From positions 97,145 through 161,144 of the forward strand of contig JAPLKS010000011.1 of the NCBI GenBank assembly GCA_026387915.1: a DNA stretch of 64,000 nt, read 5' to 3'. The position numbers and the translations under genes are program-made. Positions 56,472 to 64,000 of this stretch are shown in pieces (position 1 is the stretch's first letter; each line of letters opens with the position of its first letter). The stretch is from Gemmatimonadota bacterium (lineage in GTDB: Bacteria > Gemmatimonadota > Gemmatimonadetes > Gemmatimonadales > Gemmatimonadaceae). The notes under the pieces were generated by a model. The model searched no databases and had not been told where the DNA came from. It worked only from the letters and a program-made list of their open reading frames with translations.

Positions 56472-58373
56472 TTACGACTTCTTCCGCACTACGGCCCACG
56501 CATCGCGTGGGTCCAGCGCAATCGCTTCTCGCCGCAACGCGGCTTTCTCCTGCAGCAACGCCGCCTTCTCATCCTCGCCCGCCAGCGGCAGAATGCGGTC
56601 AATGTCGTCGATGCGGTCCCGGAACTGCCGCGACTGCAAGCTACGCAGTGCTTGCTCCATCGTCTGCGGGCCGTTTACCATTGCCCCTGGCTCGGCACGG
56701 AGGAGCTCCACCGTGCGAATGGACTCTGGGTCGAGACTTTCCGCGAGTCGCTCAATGGAAATATCCGTCCCAGACTCCGCGACCGCCTCTGAGATTGCTC
56801 CAAAGATGGCGGCATACACCGGGTCACGAAACACGCCGTCGGTGCCGTGTGCCTCCATATCCAGTGGGGCCGCATCCCCACGCGCCTCGTCGAGCCGCCC
56901 CACCGCCTCCACAATTTTTTCCACCGAGCCCGGATCCAGCAGCATCACACTGATCAGAGCGCGCTCCGCGGTGACTTCGCGTGCTGGGGGGCGCACCAAC
57001 CGTACCGGCGCGACGTGATGCACTTCCTCCCCTTCATCCGGCTCGGGTGGAAGCGGCGTTTCGTCGCGGCGCGCCACCGGCTTGGCGGCGCGCTTGGGCA
57101 CCTGCTCCACCTCACGCATCAGCACAGCGCGGTCGATGCCAGACGCGGTGCTCACCCGTTGCACATACAAATCGCGCGTAATGGGATCGCTGGTGGCGCG
57201 GATCGTCGGCAGCACGGCATCGAGCGCGCGGCGTTTGCGCCGCAGATCGCTGAACCAGCCGCCGCGCTCGAGGAGTTGCACCTTGCGGTCAAAAATGTCC
57301 ATGGCGCTGGCGAACAATCGTTCCATCGCCTCACGACCATGCTTCGCCACGAACGTATCGGGGTCGTCGCCATCTGGGAGCGTCACAACGCGCACGGTCA
57401 TCCCGCGCGAGAGGAGCACGTCGGCCGCGCGGAACGTCGCCTTCTGCCCCGGCGCGTCACTGTCGTAGAGCAGGATCGCCGTCTTGGAGTTGCGCACGAG
57501 CAAATCGGCCTGTTGTTCGGTGAGCGCCGTCCCCATCGGAGCGACCACCGACTCAATGCCGGCGTCCACCAAACGCACGACGTCGAAATACCCTTCGACG
57601 AGCACCACCTGCTCATCCTTGCGAATGGCGGTGCGTGCCGCGCCCAAGTTGTAGAGCAGCTGCCCCTTACTGAACGCGCGATTCTCCGCAGAGTTGAGAT
57701 ACTTCGGCTCGCCGGGTCCGAGCAACCGCCCACCGAATCCCACAGTGTGGCCAGAGGGATCGAGAATCGGAAAAATCAGCCGGTCGCGGAATCGCGGCCG
57801 CGGTTCCTCAATTTCTTCGCGCTTTACCAATAGGCCGGCGTCGAGCAATCGCGCGTCGTCAAAACCGAGGCCATTGAGGTACGTGCGCATCAAGCCGAGC
57901 TCGCGCGGCGCAAAGCCAATACCAAAACGATCCGCCGTCGCTCGCGAGATAGTACGGCGCGCCAAGTATTCCCGCGCCTGCGCGCCGAACTCGCTGTTCC
58001 AGAGCATCTCCGTAAACCACGCGGCGACGGTGGCATTCAGTTCCCACAACGGCTCGCGCGGATCGGGGCCTTCACGATGCTTTTGTACGTCAATAACTTC
58101 GATGCCCGACTTCTCGCCGACGTACTTCACGGCCTCCACAAAGTTGAGCCCAAGCCGTTTCTGCACGAAGGTGAAAACCGATCCCTTCTCACCGCACACG
58201 AAGCACGTATAGCCCCGCCCAGGGACGACCGAGAAGTTCGCGTTGGTCCCCTGGTGAAATGGGCAGGGCCCGCGGTACACGGACCCCGTTTTCTTGAGTT
58301 TGACGTGCTCGCTGATGATGGCCACGATATCCGCGGCCTGCGCCACCTGTTCTACCACGTCATCGGGGATCAT
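56472..58373 (-). CDS. dnaG: DNA primase
   Basis: MIPDDVVEQV...YRGPCPFHQGTNANFSV (zinc finger), TOPRIM VVLVEGYFDV. ATGA overlap with the mutS2 stop. Confidence 0.92.
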   Translation of the reverse strand: MIPDDVVEQVAQAADIVAIISEHVKLKKTGSVYRGPCPFHQGTNANFSVVPGRGYTCFVCGEKGSVFTFVQKRLGLNFVEAVKYVGEKSGIEVIDVQKHREGPDPREPLWELNATVAAWFTEMLWNSEFGAQAREYLARRTISRATADRFGIGFAPRELGLMRTYLNGLGFDDARLLDAGLLVKREEIEEPRPRFRDRLIFPILDPSGHTVGFGGRLLGPGEPKYLNSAENRAFSKGQLLYNLGAARTAIRKDEQVVLVEGYFDVVRLVDAGIESVVAPMGTALTEQQADLLVRNSKTAILLYDSDAPGQKATFRAADVLLSRGMTVRVVTLPDGDDPDTFVAKHGREAMERLFASAMDIFDRKVQLLERGGWFSDLRRKRRALDAVLPTIRATSDPITRDLYVQRVSTASGIDRAVLMREVEQVPKRAAKPVARRDETPLPPEPDEGEEVHHVAPVRLVRPPAREVTAERALISVMLLDPGSVEKIVEAVGRLDEARGDAAPLDMEAHGTDGVFRDPVYAAIFGAISEAVAESGTDISIERLAESLDPESIRTVELLRAEPGAMVNGPQTMEQALRSLQSRQFRDRIDDIDRILPLAGEDEKAALLQEKAALRREAIALDPRDAWAVVRKKS

Positions 58374-60871
58374 CCGAGCTCCACGATCGTGGCGCCAGCG
58401 CCGCCTTCGTTCCACGCACCCAAGCGGAACGATTTCACTCGCCGATCACCCTTCAACAATTGCGCCACTGTTTCGCGCAGCGCCCCGGTTCCTTTGCCGT
58501 GAATGATCGTGATCAACGCCAAGTCAGCGCGCACGGCCGCATCAATGGCCTGCAGCACCACGTCCTGCACTTCGCTTACGCGGAATCCACGCACATCGAC
58601 ATCGCGCTGTACCGCCAGCTCGGGCTCATCCCCCGTGCGCACCGACACGCGCTCCAGCGGTTCGAGCTTCTTTCGTGACACGGGGCGGAGTGTGTCGCGC
58701 GGCACCGTCAGCTTAAGCGCGCCGACGTTCACAACGGCATCCGCACCGCGCAGTTCAAGCACGGTACCGGCCTTCCCGTTGAGGGTGGCCACCGAGACGA
58801 TCGCGCCAACCACAATGTCGCCCGACACCGGCGCCTCGTCGCGCGCGGCGTGGAGCGCTTCGCGCCGCGATTCCGCATCGAGTGCGGACACGCGGGCCGC
58901 CGACTCCGATGCCAGCTGTTCCGCCGCGCGTCGCGCGTCGGCCCCTGCGGCATCAATCTGCGCCGCGCCGGCCGATTTCAGTTCCGCAATGGTGCGTTCG
59001 ATTTCAGCGCGCGCTTCGAGCAGATATCGCCGCTGCTCCGCACGCGCGTTGCGTTCCAACTCCCGCTCCTTCTCACGCACCGTCCGCTCGCGGTCTGCCA
59101 CCCGCTGTGCCCGCTCTTTCACATCGCCGTCATGCTCGGTGACGCTGCGTTCACGCTCGGACACCGCATCCTGCCGCCGCTCCAGATCTTCCAGTAGCGC
59201 CGCGACATCGCGTTCCCCTTTTGGCACGCGCTGCTCCGCATTCTGCAGCACCGATTCAGGCATAGAGAGTCGACGCGCGATGCTGAGCCCATACGAGCGA
59301 CCCGGGATGCCCTTGATGAGGCGGTAGGTGGGCGCCAGCGCCACGGCATCAAACTGCAACGACGCGTTGACCACCCCCGGCACTTCATGCGCAATTTCTT
59401 TGAGCGCTCCGAGGTGCGTCGTCGCGATGGTGGTGGTCCCTCGCGTCGTGAGCTCCTCGAGAATCGCGCCGCCCAGTGCAGCCCCTTCTATTGGATCGGT
59501 CCCCGAGCCCAGCTCGTCGGCCAACACGAGCGAGTCGCGCGTCGCATCGCGGACGATCTCGGTGAGGTTCCGCAAATGCGCACTGAATGTGGAGAGCGAG
59601 GCCTCAATCGACTGCTCGTCGCCAATGTCCGCAAAGCACCGATCAAACACCGCGAGCCGTGATTCCGGCGCCGCCGGCGCCGGAATTCCGGCCTGCGCCA
59701 TCATCGACAGCAACGCGAGCGCTTTGAGCAGCACGGTCTTGCCGCCCGTGTTGGGCCCCGACACCAACAAAGTGTGCTCGCCGGGATCCATCGTCAGATC
59801 AAAGGGCACCACGCTCGTTTTATCGCGCGCGAGCAACAACGGATGGCGCCCCTGTACAATCGCAAAACCGGAGCGCGGCGCGGCCAGCACCACCGGCGCG
59901 CATGCAAATGCCTCGGCGTAGCGAGCCCGCGCGTAGAGGGCGTCGAGCGTCACGAGTGCGTCGAGCGCCGCCAGCAACGCCTCGCGATGCGGGCGTAAGC
60001 GCTCCGTCACCTCGCGCAGGATGCGATCCGTCTCCCGGTACTCTTCGGCTTCCATCTCGCGAATGCGATTCCCCGCCTCCACCGCCGCCGGTGGCTCCAC
60101 AAACACCGTGCCGCCCGTTCCCGACGTGTCGTGCACAATGCCGCCAACGGCCCCTCGACCCTCGCGCCGCACCGGGATCACATAGCGGCCATTCCTGAGC
60201 GTGACCGACGCGTCGTCCACACGGTGATGCGCCTCGAGCTTCGACATCAACCGTTCCAGCAGCCGCACCAGATCGGCCTCGGCGCCTCGCAGTTCACGCC
60301 GCAAGCGGCGGAGTAGCGGCGAGGCATCATCGCGAACCACGCCCTCGTCGGTAATGACGCGGTCAATCTCCTTTTCTGTGGCGGCGTCACGCACGAGCTG
60401 CATGGCAATCTGCGCGAGCGGCGCGAGCACGGCAGCGTCGCGCGACGGATCCTGCAACGCATCGCGCGTGCGGCGGGAACTCGCGAGCAACGTGACCGCC
60501 GCGCGCAGTTCGAGCCCGGTCCACCCAGTTCCCGGCACGCGCAGACGCGCCAAGGGCTCTGCGAGGTCTGGGATGACTTCCGACGCCCACCCATTCTTCC
60601 CCGTGACCAACGCGCGCATCGCCGCCACGCGCTGGTGCTCCGCGACGATCTCGGCGCGCTCCGTCGACGGAAACAGCTCGCGCACCCGCGCAGCGCCCGC
60701 CTCGCTCGACGCGTAGCCCGCCACGAGGTCGAGCACGCGGTGAAACTCGAGCACGCCCAGGGCGTGCGTCAGGCCCGGCGCTGGCACAGCAGGGGGAGTA
60801 CGAAAAAGCCCGAGCGGGCGATCTGAATCGCTCGTTCGGGCTTGTTCAACCTGCGACATCGTCGAATTCAC
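58370..60871 (-). CDS. mutS2: endonuclease MutS2 (MutS ATPase + C-terminal Smr domain)
   Basis: VSGPNTGGKTVLLK...LADELGSGTDP...C-terminal IIHGKGTGALRETV. The start may be ATG 60859. Confidence 0.9.
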   Translation of the reverse strand: MNSTMSQVEQARTSDSDRPLGLFRTPPAVPAPGLTHALGVLEFHRVLDLVAGYASSEAGAARVRELFPSTERAEIVAEHQRVAAMRALVTGKNGWASEVIPDLAEPLARLRVPGTGWTGLELRAAVTLLASSRRTRDALQDPSRDAAVLAPLAQIAMQLVRDAATEKEIDRVITDEGVVRDDASPLLRRLRRELRGAEADLVRLLERLMSKLEAHHRVDDASVTLRNGRYVIPVRREGRGAVGGIVHDTSGTGGTVFVEPPAAVEAGNRIREMEAEEYRETDRILREVTERLRPHREALLAALDALVTLDALYARARYAEAFACAPVVLAAPRSGFAIVQGRHPLLLARDKTSVVPFDLTMDPGEHTLLVSGPNTGGKTVLLKALALLSMMAQAGIPAPAAPESRLAVFDRCFADIGDEQSIEASLSTFSAHLRNLTEIVRDATRDSLVLADELGSGTDPIEGAALGGAILEELTTRGTTTIATTHLGALKEIAHEVPGVVNASLQFDAVALAPTYRLIKGIPGRSYGLSIARRLSMPESVLQNAEQRVPKGERDVAALLEDLERRQDAVSERERSVTEHDGDVKERAQRVADRERTVREKERELERNARAEQRRYLLEARAEIERTIAELKSAGAAQIDAAGADARRAAEQLASESAARVSALDAESRREALHAARDEAPVSGDIVVGAIVSVATLNGKAGTVLELRGADAVVNVGALKLTVPRDTLRPVSRKKLEPLERVSVRTGDEPELAVQRDVDVRGFRVSEVQDVVLQAIDAAVRADLALITIIHGKGTGALRETVAQLLKGDRRVKSFRLGAWNEGGAGATIVELG

Positions 60872-61311
60872 GTCTTAGCGCCGAGCTCCTCGCGGGCGAG
60901 GCGATTGATCACGCTGCCGTCAGCACGTCCCTTGAACTGGGAGACGACTTTCCCCATCACGGCCCCGAGATTCGCTGCGCCAGCCGCAATCACGGCCCGG
61001 ACAGCATCTCGCAATTCATCCTCGCCGACTTGCGCCGGCAACCAGGCGTCCAGCGCGGCGGCTTCGGCCCGTTCTTGGGCCGCCAGCTCCGTACGTCCAC
61101 CCTTTTCGTATGCCTCCACCGATTCCCGACGCCGTTTGATCGCTTTACGCAGGACATCGACGACATCGTCGTCGGTGATCTCGCGCTTCAGCGCAATGGC
61201 ATGGTTCTCGATGTCGGCGAGGACCGTGCCCAGCACGAGGGTCAATCCCTTGTCCTGGGCTTTCCGCGCGCTGTTCATTGCCTCGCGCAGCCGGTCCCGC
61301 ATTGCCGTCAC
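60868..61311 (-). CDS. GatB/YqeY-domain protein
   Basis: LREAMNSARKAQDK...ELAAQERAEAAALDAWLP...GKVVSQFKGRADG. Confidence 0.85.
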   Translation of the reverse strand: MTAMRDRLREAMNSARKAQDKGLTLVLGTVLADIENHAIALKREITDDDVVDVLRKAIKRRRESVEAYEKGGRTELAAQERAEAAALDAWLPAQVGEDELRDAVRAVIAAGAANLGAVMGKVVSQFKGRADGSVINRLAREELGAKT

Positions 61312-61314
61312 AGC

Positions 61315-61500
61315 TTACGCCCGCGTACGACGGTTCTTACGCGTCGCGGCGTTCATCTTACGCTTTCGCTTCTCGCTCGGCTTTTCGTAATGCCGATGCT
61401 TGCGGAGGTCCGAAAGGATACCTGCTTTCTCGCACTTCTTTTTGAAGCGCTTGAGAGCTCTCTCGAAGTTCTCGTCGTCATGGATGATGACTTCCGACAA
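61315..61500 (-). CDS. rpsU: 30S ribosomal protein S21
   Basis: [39 protein letters not shown] start with a G-rich SD. Confidence 0.92.
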   Translation of the reverse strand: MSEVIIHDDENFERALKRFKKKCEKAGILSDLRKHRHYEKPSEKRKRKMNAATRKNRRTRA

Positions 61501-61636
61501 ACTGAATCTACCCCCTTCATGGCGGTCGCGCGCCGGCTTTGAGGACTGTTTTTGGTAGCCTAGTAAGTTATTCCTGAGCAGGCGGTTATAGCAAGGGGAG
61601 CCCCCATATCGCTACTATTATGGCAGAGCCTTCCCC

Positions 61637-64000
61637 ATGCAGCCGCCCCTCCACGAACCCTCCGTCTTTCACGACCCCAGCGGCAAACGCTGGCGGGCGA
61701 TTCGCCGCGCCACCCTGATCGCTGGGGTGCTCTCGACGCTCGTCGCGCTCGGGGTGGCGGTGTTATTCGTGATTCCGCAGACACTACCTCAGCTCACCGA
61801 CGCATCAAAGAAGATTGGCGCCGCACCCAGCGCGGCCGCCCGGCTCGCCGACCCGAAGCTTGCGGCCCGCCAGCACGCCGCGCACCAGCGGCTCATGGCG
61901 GCGCTCGCGCAGAACCCCGCCCCAACCGCCACACGCCCCGAGTCGCTGCGCGTGGAGAAAAACCGCGTCTCAGAAAAACCCGTCGTGCGCGCCGCAAATG
62001 CCAATGTGGACCGACCCAAGATTGTTGGCGGGTTCTTTGTCAACTGGAACGACAACTCACTCGAAAGTCTCCGCGCCCACGCGCGAGATCTCGACTGGGT
62101 GATCGCCGAATGGGCCTTCACCCAATCAACGTCAGACTCCCTCAAGCTGTCGCCGAAGCCACAGGCGCTGGAAATCGTGGAGCGCCTGCCCGAAAAAGAA
62201 CGGCCGCGCATTTTCGCGATGGCCAGTAATTTCGATAACGGCCTCGGTCGCTTTGATTCAACGGCGGTCATGAAGCTGCTGGCCACGCCGGAGAGCCGCG
62301 AACGCGCCGCCATTCAGCTCGTGAATTTTGCCCAGAAATACGGGCTGGCCGGCGTCGTGGTGGACTTCGAAGAAGTGCCATACCGCATGAACGAAGAGCT
62401 CTTCACGTTCATGCGATTGCTCCGAGCCGGCCTCGCCCCAGGGGGACGACTCCTCGCCGCAACCATGGCAGTGAGCGCCGACGAAGAACAGGCGCGCAAG
62501 TACGCCACGAACTGCGACTACGTGTTCCTGATGCTCTACGACGAGCACTACGGCCACGGCGATCCGGGTCCCGTCGCGAGCCAGCGATGGTTTGAGGCCA
62601 AGACGCGACAGTTCACGCAGTGGATTCCGCCAAAGCAAACGATCCTCGCGCTCGGCGCCTATGGCTATCACTGGGATGATGCCGGCGGAAAACTCAACGG
62701 CCGAGAGCTGACCTTTCAGGACGCCATCCAACTCTCACGAGAACATGGCGCGCTCATTCAGTTGGACTCCGTCTCGCTGAATCCGAGACTCAACTGGACC
62801 GACCCTGACGGCACGGACCACCTCGTCTGGTTCCTCGACGGTGTCACCGCGTTCAACCAAGCGCGGTTCGGACAGCAGCTGGGCGTCGCCGGCGCTGCGG
62901 TGTGGCGCTTAGGGAACGAGGACCCGTCCCTCTGGAACGCCATTTCCAACGACGTCCCATCGGCCTCACCGAGCAGCCTCGAGGCCATGGGGCCGGGCTA
63001 CGATGTGCCGTTTCTCGGCCGCGGCGACCTACTCCGTATTGTAGCGCGCCCAACCCCCGGGCATCGGCTGGTGACGTCTGACCCGATCACGGGACGCGTC
63101 ACGAGCGAGACGATTACCGAAACGCCCACGCCCTGGCTCGTGCAGCGCTTTGGCGCGTCGGACTCGATGAAAATCGCGCTCAGCTTCGACGATGGCCCCG
63201 ACCCACGGTACACACCGTTTATTCTCGACACACTTCGTTCACGCGGTGTGAAAGCCACCTTCTTTGTGCTCGGCAAACAGGCCAATGAGTACCCTGCACT
63301 GCTACGACGCATCGTGCGCGAGGGGCACGAAATCGGCAATCACACGTACACGCATCCCAACCTTGCCGAAACCACGCCGCTCGTGGCACGCCTTGAGATC
63401 GTCGCGACCGGGCGGTTGATCGAAAGCATTACCGGTCGGCGCACGGCCCTCTTCCGCCCACCCTTTTTCGGCGACTCTGATCCCACGACGGCAAACGAAC
63501 TCGTGCCGATTGGCATCGCCACCGACCTCGGCTATGTCACCACGGGCGTGACGCTGGACTCCAAAGACTGGCGGCTCACCAACCCTGACTCCATTCTCGC
63601 CAATACGCTCGACCTCCTCGGGTCCGGCAACGTCGTGTTGCTCCACGACTCGGGCGGCGATCGGTCGGGCACCGTGGCCATGCTCGGCGCCCTGATTGAT
63701 TCGCTGAAAGCCAACGACCACCCGCTCGTGCTCGTCAGCGAACTCGCAGGAATTTCGCGAGACGTCGCCATGCCCAAGCCCGAGAGCACCACGCTCCTCG
63801 CCCGCGTCGGTGGCATGATGGGCTTCGGCGCACTCTGGCTGTTCAACTGGCTGTTGACGTGGACGTTCCTCGTGGCGATGGCGCTCGCGCTCGCGCGCCT
63901 CGTGTTTATCATTTTTACTGCGGCCCTGCAGCGTCGCTTCCATAAGTCTCCAGCACCGGGAATCTTCACGCCGCCCATCGCGATTATCGTGCCGGCGTAC
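61637..64000 (+). CDS. large membrane protein: TM - GH18-like domain - CE4 (NodB) polysaccharide deacetylase - TM region - start of GT2 glycosyltransferase; open at right edge, absent from ORF track
   Basis: Hand translation from ATG 61637 gives 788 codons with no stop. GH18 hallmarks: KIVGGFFVNW, GVVVDFEE, LGAYGYHW, GAAVWRLGNED. CE4 motifs: SFDDGPD, GNHTYTHP, LFRPPF, VVLLHD. Then hydrophobic helices and PIAIIVPAY, the typical start of a GT2 domain. Confidence 0.85.
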   Translation, partial: MQPPLHEPSVFHDPSGKRWRAIRRATLIAGVLSTLVALGVAVLFVIPQTLPQLTDASKKIGAAPSAAARLADPKLAARQHAAHQRLMAALAQNPAPTATRPESLRVEKNRVSEKPVVRAANANVDRPKIVGGFFVNWNDNSLESLRAHARDLDWVIAEWAFTQSTSDSLKLSPKPQALEIVERLPEKERPRIFAMASNFDNGLGRFDSTAVMKLLATPESRERAAIQLVNFAQKYGLAGVVVDFEEVPYRMNEELFTFMRLLRAGLAPGGRLLAATMAVSADEEQARKYATNCDYVFLMLYDEHYGHGDPGPVASQRWFEAKTRQFTQWIPPKQTILALGAYGYHWDDAGGKLNGRELTFQDAIQLSREHGALIQLDSVSLNPRLNWTDPDGTDHLVWFLDGVTAFNQARFGQQLGVAGAAVWRLGNEDPSLWNAISNDVPSASPSSLEAMGPGYDVPFLGRGDLLRIVARPTPGHRLVTSDPITGRVTSETITETPTPWLVQRFGASDSMKIALSFDDGPDPRYTPFILDTLRSRGVKATFFVLGKQANEYPALLRRIVREGHEIGNHTYTHPNLAETTPLVARLEIVATGRLIESITGRRTALFRPPFFGDSDPTTANELVPIGIATDLGYVTTGVTLDSKDWRLTNPDSILANTLDLLGSGNVVLLHDSGGDRSGTVAMLGALIDSLKANDHPLVLVSELAGISRDVAMPKPESTTLLARVGGMMGFGALWLFNWLLTWTFLVAMALALARLVFIIFTAALQRRFHKSPAPGIFTPPIAIIVPAY

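Noticed and set aside
55687-57018. 443-aa plus-strand ORF
   Set aside because: Antisense to the COG1579-like gene and to the dnaG 3' end. Ser/Arg/Ala-rich low complexity.

Overview
GC-rich (roughly two-thirds G+C by eye, third codon positions mostly G/C) bacterial chromosomal segment. I cannot assign a taxon. RNase Y, Rex, MutS2 and YqeY co-occur with lipoprotein and outer-membrane-type signal peptides, which suggests a high-GC diderm lineage. I support about 62 protein genes, 2 tRNAs, 1 tRNA fragment, 1 riboswitch, 1 operator and a few promoters and terminators. Most of the window is housekeeping on the minus strand, in long chains with 4-nt stop/start overlaps:
- frr-pyrH-tsf-rpsB and rpsI-rplM
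- a split acyl-CoA carboxylase
- rpsA-cmk-aroA-dapD-dapA-dapB-lysC-asd
- recN-nadK-dxs-ispA-xseBA-folD-rny
- zapA-pheTS and rplT-rpmI-infC
- rsmA / partner-switching module / pta-coaD-rsmD-recJ ... dnaG-mutS2-yqeY-rpsU

The accessory patch lies at about 20.9-30.9 kb. It holds:
- a fluoride riboswitch with crcB
- a DUF2231 protein next to a membrane LuxR
- two secreted amidohydrolases
- a lower-GC islet next to tRNA-Leu/tRNA-Gly, with a displaced tRNA-Leu 3' half and a degenerate BLUF-like ORF
- a divergent pair of unknown function

Two edge-truncated ORFs are missing from the supplied track: frr at the left edge, and a large GH18-like/CE4/GT2 fusion at the right edge. Many track ORFs are over-extended at the 5' end and are trimmed here. 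I saw no CRISPR array, transposase, integrase or recognisable defence system. The candidates I rank highest are the right-edge polysaccharide-synthase fusion, the tRNA-associated islet with its BLUF-like ORF, and the sigma-less partner-switching module inside a housekeeping operon. All functional calls come from reading the translations by eye. No database search was run.
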